Below the pieces are notes generated by a model. That model ran no database searches. It was not told where the DNA came from and saw only the letters and a program-made list of their open reading frames with translations. A stretch of 64,000 bases of DNA from a virus. Below, in pieces: positions 36,297 through 45,428 of this stretch. The stretch spans positions 64,001-128,000 of IMG/VR virus record IMGVR_UViG_3300027804_000046; one strand, written 5' to 3'. The position numbers and the translations under genes were made by a program. How positions within the stretch are numbered: position 1 is the first letter of the stretch; each line of letters starts with the position of its first letter.

Positions 36297-36338
36297 ACTA
36301 TATACTAAAAGTGGAGGGCGTAACCACTATAAGAAATT

Positions 36339-36426
36339 GGAAGGTTGGTAGAGTGGTCTATTGCACTCGCCTTGAAAGCGAGAGGTCCGAAAGGATCCGT
36401 GGGTTCGAATCCTACACCTTCCGCCA
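36339..36426 (+). tRNA. tRNA-Ser(TGA)
   Basis: CTCGC-cttgaaa-GCGAG arm; long V-arm; GCCA end. Confidence 0.93.
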
Positions 36427-36443
36427 CTCAAAAGGAAAACGTT

Positions 36444-36944
36444 ATGATTAGAAAGCAACTAAACATCGAAGAAGTCAAGGCATTCATCAATGCACAAACA
36501 CCTGAAACAAAGGTGTATCTAGGCGGCGACTCTGAACGTTTCCAGATTGACGGTGTTTGGTATGCAGACTACATCAACGTTGTTGTTGTCCATAAGAATG
36601 GAAAGAACGGTTGTAAGGTGTTTGGTGGAATTGTTCGTGAAAGGGACTATGATCAGCAAAAGGATCGTCCACGTATGCGTCTTATGAATGAAGTCATGAA
36701 GACCGCTTCCCTTTATATGGAATTGCATGATGTATTGGAAGACCGTGAGGTTGAAATTCATCTTGACATTAACCCAAATAAAGAGTATGGTAGTTCTTGT
36801 GTGATCAACGAAGCAGTTGGATATATTCGCGGTATGTGTAACATTGTACCACTTGTAAAGCCAAATGCATGGGCAGCATCTTACTGTGCTGACCGTTACA
36901 AGGATGCAATTCAACATTTGCCTAAGGAAGATAAGGTAGCATGA
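36444..36944 (+). CDS. RNase H-like YkuK (DUF458) family protein
   Basis: YLGGDS..RLMNEV..EIHLDIN..KPNAWAASYCAD. Confidence 0.8.
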   Translation: MIRKQLNIEEVKAFINAQTPETKVYLGGDSERFQIDGVWYADYINVVVVHKNGKNGCKVFGGIVRERDYDQQKDRPRMRLMNEVMKTASLYMELHDVLEDREVEIHLDINPNKEYGSSCVINEAVGYIRGMCNIVPLVKPNAWAASYCADRYKDAIQHLPKEDKVA

Positions 36945-37357
36945 AGAAGATTTTCGTTATGATGGCGGCTCTGGTTGCAATGACTGGAGTTGCTAAAGCC
37001 GAAGATGTAATCATCACGGTCGATGTCTCGGATCAAATCATGTTAGTAGAAACACCAACGGACTATTATGAGTGGAATGTTTCTACTGGGCGAAAGGGAT
37101 ACAATACTCCTCGCGGTGTATTTCAGCCGTATCATATGACCAAGATGCACTATTCTCGCAAGTATGATAATGCGCCGATGCCAAACTCTATCTTCTTCCT
37201 TGACGGATATGCAATACATGCAACGGATGCAATAAACAACTTAGGGCGCCCAGCATCTCACGGCTGCATCCGTCTGCACCCGCAGAATGCAAAGTGGCTA
37301 TATAGAATTGTCAGCGAGTACGGTAAGGAAAACACGACGATTATTATACAGAATTAG
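36941..37357 (+). CDS. L,D-transpeptidase (YkuD family)
   Basis: Signal peptide; VSTG..TP.G; APMP..GYAIHAT..LGRPASHGCIRL. Confidence 0.9.
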   Translation: MKKIFVMMAALVAMTGVAKAEDVIITVDVSDQIMLVETPTDYYEWNVSTGRKGYNTPRGVFQPYHMTKMHYSRKYDNAPMPNSIFFLDGYAIHATDAINNLGRPASHGCIRLHPQNAKWLYRIVSEYGKENTTIIIQN

Positions 37358-37447
37358 GACAGATGGCCGAGCGGCCGAAGGCACCTCACTGCTAACGAGG
37401 CATACCCTAATAAGGTATCGTGGGTTCAAATCCCACTCTGTCCGCCA
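37357..37447 (+). tRNA. tRNA-Ser(GCT)
   Basis: ctgctaa loop; long V-arm; GCCA end. Confidence 0.92.
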
Positions 37448-37462
37448 ATATAGGAGAAACAA

Positions 37463-37609
37463 ATGAGTAAAGACTGTGGTTGCGGTCGTAGTCCAGATGG
37501 CAAGTGTTGCGGTTGGCATAACTTGACAAATGAACAATATGATGCTAAGAAGAAAGAATATGAAAATAAGCAATTGAACGAATCAGCACCTCAATTGTTG
37601 AAAGGTTGA
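37463..37609 (+). CDS. Small CDGSH-like Fe-S protein (48 aa, not in the ORF track)
   Basis: MSKDCGCGRSPDGKCCGWHNL; AGGAG SD. Confidence 0.65.
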   Translation: MSKDCGCGRSPDGKCCGWHNLTNEQYDAKKKEYENKQLNESAPQLLKG

Positions 37610-37610
37610 A

Positions 37611-38300
37611 ATGGAAAAAACTACTTACTGTTTTGATGTTGATGGTACACTGACTCCTAGTCGTTCTCTAATGGACGAAGAGTTTCGCAAAGAATTTGTT
37701 GAGTTTGCAAATAAGCATGATGTATGTCTTGTTACAGGCTCAGATTATCCAAAGACATTAGAACAAGTAGGTCAAGAAGTTATTGATTCGTGTTCGTTTA
37801 TATTCAATTGCTGCGGCAATGAAGTTCGTTCAAAAGACAAAGTTAGATATCAGTCTACGTGGAAAGCGGGCGGTATCTTGTTCATGACTTTGGAATATGA
37901 AAAGCGCAAGAGTGGCTTTAACATTCGTACTGGCAAACATTCTGAGATGAGAACAGGAATGGTCAATTTCTCAGTCGTTGGTCGTAATGCAGACAAAGCA
38001 CAAAGAGCCTTGTATGTCGAATGGGACAATGCAACAAATGAACGAGTGCAAATTGCGGAACGTATCAGAAAACTATTTCCTGAACTAGATTGTACTATTG
38101 CTGGTGAGACTGGACTTGATATCTATCCAAAAGGAAAAGATAAGTCTCAAGTGAAGGATTGGATAGAAAACAAACTGGTATTTTTTGGCGACAAATGCGA
38201 GAAAGGCGGAAACGATTATCCTCTTGCAAAAGTGGCCGATGTAGTGTATAATGTAAAAAATTGGGAAGAGACAAGAAAAATTCTGGCTGCCTTGGTATAG
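37611..38300 (+). CDS. HAD-family phosphomannomutase (eukaryotic PMM-like)
   Basis: FDVDGTLTP, VTGSD, RTGMVNFS..GR and FFGDK..GGND. Confidence 0.85.
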   Translation: MEKTTYCFDVDGTLTPSRSLMDEEFRKEFVEFANKHDVCLVTGSDYPKTLEQVGQEVIDSCSFIFNCCGNEVRSKDKVRYQSTWKAGGILFMTLEYEKRKSGFNIRTGKHSEMRTGMVNFSVVGRNADKAQRALYVEWDNATNERVQIAERIRKLFPELDCTIAGETGLDIYPKGKDKSQVKDWIENKLVFFGDKCEKGGNDYPLAKVADVVYNVKNWEETRKILAALV

Positions 38301-38361
38301 CTGGTGCGTACATACGCCTGAAGAGCGTGGGGACTCTGTTCGATTCAGAGAGGCAGCACCA
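38286..38361 (+). tRNA. tRNA-Phe(GAA)
   Basis: TACGC-ctgaaga-GCGTG arm; CCA end. Confidence 0.88.
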
Positions 38362-38366
38362 TTAAT

Positions 38367-38442
38367 GCGTCTTGGGAGGTGTTGGCAATCTCATCGGTCT
38401 CATAAGCCGAACAACCCAGTTCGAAACTTGGAAGACGCACCA
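38367..38442 (+). tRNA. tRNA-Met(CAT)
   Basis: TCGGT-ctcataa-GCCGA arm; CCA end. Confidence 0.82.
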
Positions 38443-38445
38443 ATC

Positions 38446-38520
38446 GCGGGTATAGCACAGGGGTAGTGCGTCTGCTTGCCAAGCAGAAGGTCATGGGTTC
38501 GATCCCCATTGCCCGCTCCA
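38446..38520 (+). tRNA. tRNA-Gly(GCC)
   Basis: TCTGC-ttgccaa-GCAGA arm; TCCA end. Confidence 0.92.
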
Positions 38521-38566
38521 ATTTATAAATAATGAAAGACCAATCACGGTCTAATGAGGTAATAAC

Positions 38567-38740
38567 ATGCTAAACACAATTGTAGTTCTTATTCTAGTTG
38601 CAGCCGTTCTTTGGGTAGGCTGGGAACTTTGGCAGAATGGTTGGGATGTAAAGAAGGCAATCGGCGCCGTTGTGGCCGCTGGTGCTGCATGGTGGGTTTG
38701 GGCTCACGATGCTGTGACTTCACTTACGTCAGGACTTTGA
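38567..38740 (+). CDS. Small Trp-rich membrane protein (57 aa, not in the ORF track)
   Basis: TATAAATA late promoter at 38524, GAGGT SD and two hydrophobic segments. Confidence 0.7.
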   Translation: MLNTIVVLILVAAVLWVGWELWQNGWDVKKAIGAVVAAGAAWWVWAHDAVTSLTSGL

Positions 38741-38785
38741 CATAAAGGCGCTGATCCGTCGCTTCTAATAACGGATCAATAATTC

Positions 38786-38860
38786 AGCCGATTAGTTCAC
38801 TGGTAGAACACCTCGTTTACACCGAGGGTGTAGGGAGTTCGAATCTCTCATCGGCTACCA
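38786..38860 (+). tRNA. tRNA-Val(TAC)
   Basis: CCTCG-tttacac-CGAGG arm; CCA end. Confidence 0.92.
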
Positions 38861-38914
38861 TTAACGCTAGTCCAGAAAACTAGCGTATTATAAATACTCC
38901 ATAAGGAGTATAAA

Positions 38915-39214
38915 ATGGCAAAAGCATATAATCCAGTAAATAGATTTGGTCCTAGGAAATCAAACGACGAGATATTTGTTATCGATAGCACATATGCTAG
39001 ACATAATCTTAAGCGTAGACTTTTGCAAGAAAACCTGCTACCATATAAATGTTCGTCGTGTGGAATAGGCAATGTGTGGAATAACAAAGAACTAGTTCTT
39101 CAGTTAGATCATATAAATGGTAAGAATAACGATAATAGACTTGAAAACTTACGATTCATTTGTCCGAATTGTCACACACAAACGGAAACATTTAGTTGTA
39201 AGAAAAAAAGATAA
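38915..39214 (+). CDS. HNH endonuclease, paralogous to 32842-33162
   Basis: CSSC..LQLDHING..DNRLENLRFICPNCH. Confidence 0.9.
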   Translation: MAKAYNPVNRFGPRKSNDEIFVIDSTYARHNLKRRLLQENLLPYKCSSCGIGNVWNNKELVLQLDHINGKNNDNRLENLRFICPNCHTQTETFSCKKKR

Positions 39215-39298
39215 GCGGATATGGCGAAATGGCAGACGCACCAGTCTTAGGAACTGGCGGAGTAATCCATGGGGGTTCAAGTCCCTCTATCCGCACCA
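39215..39298 (+). tRNA. tRNA-Leu(TAG)
   Basis: CCAGT-cttagga-ACTGG arm; V-arm; CCA end. Confidence 0.93.
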
Positions 39299-39303
39299 AC
39301 TAT

Positions 39304-39377
39304 GCCTCTATAGTATAAAGGTAGTACACGGCTTTGGTAAAGCCGAGACACAGGATCGATACCTGTTAGAGGCACCA
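39304..39377 (+). tRNA. tRNA-Thr(GGT)
   Basis: CGGCT-ttggtaa-AGCCG arm; T-loop ATCGATA. Confidence 0.88.
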
Positions 39378-39392
39378 GATAAATAATCAAAT

Positions 39393-39479
39393 GCTGGCTT
39401 GGCTGAACGGCTGAAGGCAACGGTTTTGTAATCCGTCGGAGTAATCCCATTGCAGGTTCGAATCCTGTGGCCAGCACCA
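39393..39479 (+). tRNA. tRNA-Tyr(GTA), canonical
   Basis: ttgtaat loop; V-arm; ACCA end. Confidence 0.9.
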
Positions 39480-39496
39480 TTTCTTGTGAGCAAACT

Positions 39497-40186
39497 ATGA
39501 TATATGATGGAATATTTTTTGTTAATCATGCACTGAAAGTCAATCAACTTTCAGTATATAATGAAGAAGAGCGTTTCAATCAGACTATCGAAACAATCGA
39601 TTCTATTAACAAGTATTGCCCGAACAATCAAGTATTCATTTTCGATTCTTCTCCAGAACGTCCCAATGTAGAATACTTCCAGGAACTTAGCGATAGAGGC
39701 GTAATTGTCTTTTACACTGGTGATGAATCAGATGTTAAGAGATTTTCTCAGTTGGGCCAGCGAAGCATCGCAGAATGCATCACGTTTCTGTATTTCCTCA
39801 ACTGGTTTCAAAAGCAAGACTTCAAATCAAAACGCATCTATAAACTCTCTGGTCGTTACAGACTGAACGACAACTTTATTGTTGATAGAGAAGATTTCAA
39901 AGATGCTTTTGTATTTGCAACGGCTCTTGATTCGTGGATGCCTAAGCACAGACAAGATAGTATTGGAGCGCATAAACTATTCCGTCTTCGTTGCTGGCAC
40001 ATGGACTACACTCTGCTTGACACCTTTCAACTAAATCTTTCCAAAATACTTCAAGACTGTGCTACACACGGAATAGATGTTGAGCATTCTTACTATAAAA
40101 ACTTGCATACATATAAGACGATTGAACTTGACAAAATTGGTGTATGTGGTAATATAGCACCAAGTGGAGATTACATTGATGAGTAA
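39497..40186 (+). CDS. Hypothetical glycan-cluster protein
   Basis: ERFNQT..TI.SI and RIYKLSGRY pattern. Confidence 0.65.
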   Translation: MIYDGIFFVNHALKVNQLSVYNEEERFNQTIETIDSINKYCPNNQVFIFDSSPERPNVEYFQELSDRGVIVFYTGDESDVKRFSQLGQRSIAECITFLYFLNWFQKQDFKSKRIYKLSGRYRLNDNFIVDREDFKDAFVFATALDSWMPKHRQDSIGAHKLFRLRCWHMDYTLLDTFQLNLSKILQDCATHGIDVEHSYYKNLHTYKTIELDKIGVCGNIAPSGDYIDE

Positions 40187-41204
40187 AACGGTATTGATTA
40201 CAGGCGGTGCAGGCTTTATTGCACATCATGTTGTGGACTTGTTTCTGCAAAAGACAGATTGGAATATCATCACGCTAGACAGGCTTGATTATTCTGGCAA
40301 TCTTAATCGACTACATGAAGTTATTGATCCATATCCCTACGAAATACAAAAGCGCGTTCGGACAGTCTTTCATGATTTGAAGGCTGAACTGAATCCTCTT
40401 GTGCAAAACTTTATTGGCAAGGTAGATATCATTCTACACTTGGCCGCAGCATCACACGTAGATAGGTCAATCACACATCCTCTTGAGTTCATCACAGATA
40501 ACATCATGGGCACGGCCAATCTGCTGGAATATGCCCGCAAGTTGGATCATCTAGAAATGTTTCTGTATTTCAGCACCGATGAAATCTTTGGTGTTGCGCC
40601 TCCTGGTGTCGCTTACAAGGAACGTGATCGCTATAACTCGACCAATCCATATTCAGCATCAAAGGCTGGTGCAGAAGAACTGTGTGTTGCCTATGAAAAC
40701 ACATACAAGATGCCTATGATGATCACTCACACTATGAATGTGTTTGGTGAACGTCAGACACCAGAAAAGTTTATTCCACTTTGCATCAAAAAGGTCTTGC
40801 ATGACGAGACTGTGACCATTCATGCTGATGCAACAAAGACAAAGGCAGGTTCGCGCTTCTACGTACATGCGCGTGATGTGGCTGATGCTCTGCTGTTCCT
40901 TTTGCAGAACAATCCTCAGCTTAAACCTGATTATGGTCTAGCAAAGTGTCGCAAGTTTAATATCGTTGGCAAAGAAGAAGTAGACAATCTATCTCTCGCT
41001 AAGATGATTGCATCTGCTCAAGGTAAGGAACTAAAATATGAAATGGTTGACTTCCATACATCCAGACCAGGGCATGATTTACGTTATGCTTTATCCGGTG
41101 ATCTTATGCGTTCTCTCGGCTGGGAACCTCGCGTGGCTCTTAGTGATAGAATTAAAGAAGTTTCTGATTGGTATGTAAATAACACCAAGTGGTTAGGAAT
41201 GTAA
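40179..41204 (+). CDS. NDP-glucose 4,6-dehydratase (RmlB-like)
   Basis: LITGGAGFI, HLAAASHVDRSI, STDE, NPYSASKA and RPGHDLRY. Confidence 0.9.
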   Translation: MSKTVLITGGAGFIAHHVVDLFLQKTDWNIITLDRLDYSGNLNRLHEVIDPYPYEIQKRVRTVFHDLKAELNPLVQNFIGKVDIILHLAAASHVDRSITHPLEFITDNIMGTANLLEYARKLDHLEMFLYFSTDEIFGVAPPGVAYKERDRYNSTNPYSASKAGAEELCVAYENTYKMPMMITHTMNVFGERQTPEKFIPLCIKKVLHDETVTIHADATKTKAGSRFYVHARDVADALLFLLQNNPQLKPDYGLAKCRKFNIVGKEEVDNLSLAKMIASAQGKELKYEMVDFHTSRPGHDLRYALSGDLMRSLGWEPRVALSDRIKEVSDWYVNNTKWLGM

Positions 41205-41205
41205 G

Positions 41206-42414
41206 ATGGAAAACTGTGTAGAAATCAAAGAATGTATTGCTTGTGGTGGCACACATCTAGAACCTTTACTCGACTTAGGTGTTCAACCACTGGCTAACTC
41301 GTTTCTAAAGAGTCCGACAGATTCAGAAGACAAGTTTCCTCTTGCGACAAACTATTGCTCATATTGTTATCATGTACAGTTGACACACAAGGTCAATCCT
41401 GACTTGCTGTTCAAGAACTATCTGTATGTGTCTGGTACGGCTAAGACTCAGTTAGATTACTTTGATTGGTTCGCTAAGTTTGTTATAGAAAATCATAAAG
41501 CCGAACGAGTATTAGACATTGGCTGTAATGATGGTTCACAACTTGATGCATTTAAGAGATATGGCGTATTGACTTTCGGCGTTGATCCCGCAACCAATCT
41601 TCATGTAATTAGTTCGCGCAATCATCATGTTCATTGTGGTTACTTCGATAAGAATTATCCAACAACTGATTTTGGTGCTGTAATCTGTCAGAATGCATTT
41701 GCTCATAACTATAATCAACTAGAGTTTCTAGAGAATATGGGAAAAGTTGTATCGCGTGATGGTTATATCTACATCACAGTTTCTCAGGCCGATATGATTG
41801 TAAATATGGAGTTTGACACAATATATCATGAACATCTTTCTTTCTATAACATTCGCTCAATGAATGAACTGTGTAAGAGGGCAAGGTTGAACTTGATTGA
41901 TGTTGTAAGACATCCAATTCACGGCACAAGTTATATCTTTATCATCTCAAAAACTAAAGCAAGACCTTCTTACATTCAACTTCTTATGGAAGAAGAAAAA
42001 CTTAAAGGTCTGTATGATGAACATGTCTACAAAGAGTATGTCGAGAACAGCAAGGAAGTCATTAGTGAGTTTGCTTCTCATATTGAGGCCCTTCGTAAGA
42101 CAATGAAGGTTATTGGCTATGGCGCACCAGCAAAAGGTAATACTCTGCTAAATGCTTCTAAGATTGAACTCGACTATATCGTTGATGATAATCCTATGAA
42201 GCAGGGACTCTACACACCAGGTATGCACATTCCTGTATATGGTTCAGAAGTCTTACAGAAAGAAAATCAAGACGTTGCATTTGTTCCTCTTGCATGGAAT
42301 TTCTATGATGAAATACACAAGAAGATTAAAACACTCAGACCTGATAACAAGGACATGTTTCTAAGATATTTCCCATTTGTATATTGCGAGGGACTAAATA
42401 ATGAATACGATTGA
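41206..42414 (+). CDS. NDP-hexose C-methyltransferase
   Basis: CxxC..LDLG.QPLAN, DIGCNDG, FDTIYHEH, GYGAPAKGNT and LAWNF. Confidence 0.9.
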   Translation: MENCVEIKECIACGGTHLEPLLDLGVQPLANSFLKSPTDSEDKFPLATNYCSYCYHVQLTHKVNPDLLFKNYLYVSGTAKTQLDYFDWFAKFVIENHKAERVLDIGCNDGSQLDAFKRYGVLTFGVDPATNLHVISSRNHHVHCGYFDKNYPTTDFGAVICQNAFAHNYNQLEFLENMGKVVSRDGYIYITVSQADMIVNMEFDTIYHEHLSFYNIRSMNELCKRARLNLIDVVRHPIHGTSYIFIISKTKARPSYIQLLMEEEKLKGLYDEHVYKEYVENSKEVISEFASHIEALRKTMKVIGYGAPAKGNTLLNASKIELDYIVDDNPMKQGLYTPGMHIPVYGSEVLQKENQDVAFVPLAWNFYDEIHKKIKTLRPDNKDMFLRYFPFVYCEGLNNEYD

Positions 42415-43069
42415 AAAACTTTTTGATGAAACCGAAAAGCCATCTACAAAGTGGTCTGGATACTTTGATGTATATGAAAAGCATCTTGGCAAGTTTGTAG
42501 GCAAAGCACCAAAGATTTTGGAGATTGGTGTTCTTGGCGGCGGTTCAATAGAATTATGGCTGAAATACTTCGGAGAAGGAACTAAAGTCATAGGCGTAGA
42601 CATTGATCCAAGATGTCTACAATACAAATATGATGGTGATGCGACTGTTGTTATGGGAGATCAAGGTTCGATTGAGTTCTGGGAAAGTTTAATGTCAGAA
42701 CATAACGACTTTGATATCGTCATTGATGATGGTAGCCATGTCATGCACCATCAAATCATTACACTTCAACAAACATTTCCGCATTTACGGGAGGGCGGAG
42801 TTTATATTTGCGAAGACACACATACGAGTTACTGGCCGAAATGGGGTGGAGAGTTTAGAAAAGATTCGTCTTTTCTTTCTTACTCACAGACTATAACTGA
42901 CGTTGTGAATCAACAGCATTTTCAAAACAGGATTGATGAAACTGTGCTAAAGACATTTCATAATCTGTACTCCGTTTCGTTCTATAACAGTATGGTTGTC
43001 TTAGAAAAGGAGGCACTCAAGCCTTTCGTGATTAAGGATAATTCCAAAATCACGTTCAAAATAGGATAA
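42401..43069 (+). CDS. Class I SAM-dependent (sugar O-) methyltransferase
   Basis: [23 protein letters not shown] and [14 protein letters not shown]. Confidence 0.85.
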   Translation: MNTIEKLFDETEKPSTKWSGYFDVYEKHLGKFVGKAPKILEIGVLGGGSIELWLKYFGEGTKVIGVDIDPRCLQYKYDGDATVVMGDQGSIEFWESLMSEHNDFDIVIDDGSHVMHHQIITLQQTFPHLREGGVYICEDTHTSYWPKWGGEFRKDSSFLSYSQTITDVVNQQHFQNRIDETVLKTFHNLYSVSFYNSMVVLEKEALKPFVIKDNSKITFKIG

Positions 43070-43079
43070 GGAACCATAT

Positions 43080-43421
43080 ATGAAATCATTAGTAACTTTA
43101 TTGGCTGGATTGATGTTATTCATCAGCCCAGTCGAAGCAAGTATTGCTTCATGGTACGACTGTGCAACACCTGGACAGTGCAGTAAGAGTAAAAGAACCG
43201 CCAATGGCGAGAAGTTTAACCCCAATGCGCTGACAGCAGCACACAGAACATTACCATTCGGCACAAAAGTTCGTGTCACATATAAAGGTAAATCTGTTAT
43301 CGTTAGAATCAATGACCGCGGTCCGTTTATTAAGGGCCGTACGATTGATTTATCAAGAGCCGCAGCCCGCGCAATAGGTTGTCATGGCGTTTGTAAAGTG
43401 GAGATTAAGGTGGTAGGATAA
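43080..43421 (+). CDS. rlpA: RlpA-like DPBB lytic transglycosylase
   Basis: [34 protein letters not shown]. Confidence 0.9.
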   Translation: MKSLVTLLAGLMLFISPVEASIASWYDCATPGQCSKSKRTANGEKFNPNALTAAHRTLPFGTKVRVTYKGKSVIVRINDRGPFIKGRTIDLSRAAARAIGCHGVCKVEIKVVG

Positions 43422-43452
43422 TAAATAGTCGTATCACTTATGGGAGACTAAA

Positions 43453-43896
43453 ATGGAAGAACTTCATAACGCACTAAAGATTGTTCTGGCCGATACATTT
43501 ACCATGTATCTAAAGACACACTCTTTTCACTGGAACGTAATTGGACCTAATTTTCCTCAGTATCACGACTTCTTCGGTGATCTATACGGAGAATTACATG
43601 GTGCAGTGGATCCTATTGCGGAACAGATTCGCGCTGTGAACTCTTTCGCTCCCAGTTCACTAGACAGAATCAAGGAACTTACAAGAATTGAGGAATCTGA
43701 TACCATTCCGACAGCAGAAAGAATGTTTCAACTTCTAATCAATGATAACAATATCATCCTTGATGCACTCAAACAAGCATACGATCTTGCAGATAAAGAA
43801 GGCGAACTTGGTCTTGCCAACTTCCTACAAGACCGTATGGATATTCACAAGAAGCACGGTTGGATGCTTCGTGCTACAGCAGGTATGAAGTCCTAA
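43453..43896 (+). CDS. dps: Dps-family ferritin-like protein
   Basis: HSFHWNVIGPNF..H..D.IAE and HKKHGWML. Confidence 0.92.
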   Translation: MEELHNALKIVLADTFTMYLKTHSFHWNVIGPNFPQYHDFFGDLYGELHGAVDPIAEQIRAVNSFAPSSLDRIKELTRIEESDTIPTAERMFQLLINDNNIILDALKQAYDLADKEGELGLANFLQDRMDIHKKHGWMLRATAGMKS

Positions 43897-45161
43897 ACTC
43901 TAGGCAATATGCCTTCTGAGATAGGCATCCATCCTTTACTCTCACTATGAGGCCATACAATCCATTTGTATGGCTTCTTTTTTGTTTCAAACTCTCTCCA
44001 GATATTATGAAACTCGCTAGTATTCTCTATATCGTTAATAAGTCTTTCAATTTCATGTTTATCTGCATCTTGTCTATAGAGTTCGTTATCGTCTTCATCC
44101 TTAAAAGCGATAACCCAGAAATCATAGTCTGTTTCAGGAACAGAACCTTTCCATAAATCTATACAATGTCTAAAGACATTCTTGAAGGACTTTTCATATG
44201 CATTTGCATTTCTGTATAGAGGATTGGGAGGATCAAACTTTTCTAAGGTATACTTTTGAACCGCACGGTCAGAAAATCTGATTCCAGAATACTCAACATA
44301 GTCGTTCAGAGTTCTGGCATTTCCAAAACCATATTTGCCAAAATCATAATCTGCAAAGTCATCGTCAACACCAAGTAGTTGCTTAACTCTCTTTAGAGAC
44401 TTATTGTTAAGGTCTATCCACTTCTTATTCTCGTCCCAATGTCTGATACGACCCTTGCGAGTGTACTCATGCCAGCAAACAATTTGATTTGGAATAAACA
44501 AGTCATAACCAGCTGTATATGCACGAACAGCCATGGAAATTTCTTCACCATGGAAATACAGATTAGGATCATAGGGAACATCTCTGATAAACTGTCCAAA
44601 AGTAAAGACAAAGTGAGCAGAGAAAAATCTAGTCGGAATAGGCAAAGAGTATTGTTCAACGTTTTCTAGATTAGCAGGAAGCATGAATATGACACCCTCA
44701 GGTGTAAATCTGTCGAAGTCTAGCTTCCATACTTCTTTCACTCTAGCAGCAGGATCATTTTCAGGATCATACGATGGAACATATGCAGTAAGAAGCGGTT
44801 TTTCATGACCTGCTTCAATCAAGTCATTAATCATTTTCTTACACTTGGTATCCCAACCACGAACAAATCTATGATGACTATCTAACTGTAGAGTATACTT
44901 TTCGCCATCATATGCTTCATTCAAAAGATGTCTGGCCCAGCATGTGCCAAGACCTTCTTTGTAGTCTATATCAATAACTTTAAATCTAGGGTCAGTTGCA
45001 TACTCTTCTAGTGTATCCCATTCGTCTTCCTTGGATCTTTGCCATGCTATAGCAAAAACTAAGTTTTCAGGATTGTCGGCTCTTTTGATACAATCTCGGA
45101 TTGTTGGAAGAAGTTCAGGATCACGATATGCAGCAATTTGAACAAAGATTTTATCAGACAT
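43893..45161 (-). CDS. GT60-like (Skp1 hydroxyproline GlcNAc-transferase-like) glycosyltransferase
   Basis: IFVQIAAYRDPE, G.CWAR, LQLDSHHRF, LYFHGEEI..R.YT.GYD; GGAG SD on the minus strand. Confidence 0.82.
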   Translation of the reverse strand: MSDKIFVQIAAYRDPELLPTIRDCIKRADNPENLVFAIAWQRSKEDEWDTLEEYATDPRFKVIDIDYKEGLGTCWARHLLNEAYDGEKYTLQLDSHHRFVRGWDTKCKKMINDLIEAGHEKPLLTAYVPSYDPENDPAARVKEVWKLDFDRFTPEGVIFMLPANLENVEQYSLPIPTRFFSAHFVFTFGQFIRDVPYDPNLYFHGEEISMAVRAYTAGYDLFIPNQIVCWHEYTRKGRIRHWDENKKWIDLNNKSLKRVKQLLGVDDDFADYDFGKYGFGNARTLNDYVEYSGIRFSDRAVQKYTLEKFDPPNPLYRNANAYEKSFKNVFRHCIDLWKGSVPETDYDFWVIAFKDEDDNELYRQDADKHEIERLINDIENTSEFHNIWREFETKKKPYKWIVWPHSESKGWMPISEGILPRV

Positions 45162-45212
45162 TATATACTCCATGATAATATATAAGTATATAGTCATTTT
45201 GTGGAGGTGTCA

Positions 45213-45413
45213 ATGTTTAATTTATTCAAAGAAAGATTTAAAATATCAGAACAGAGACTTGAAATCTGTAGGAAATGTGATAAGTTTAATCCTATAAACT
45301 CACAGTGCGCCGAATGTGGTTGCTTTATGGACTACAAAACTTTACTACCCTACGTCTCTTGCCCATTGGATAAGTGGAAGGCCATTGAATCTGAGGAAGA
45401 GATAAATAAGTAA
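45213..45413 (+). CDS. Small Cys-rich protein
   Basis: RLEICRKC..QCAECGCF..K..SCPLDKW. Confidence 0.7.
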   Translation: MFNLFKERFKISEQRLEICRKCDKFNPINSQCAECGCFMDYKTLLPYVSCPLDKWKAIESEEEINK

Positions 45414-45428
45414 AAGCGGAGAAATAAT

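Noticed and set aside
35572-39547. ORFs at 35572, 37298, 39117, 39277 and 39308, and N-terminal extensions of 35678, 36345 and 39467
   Set aside because: They are translations of tRNA sequence; the true starts lie downstream of the tRNAs with SD motifs.
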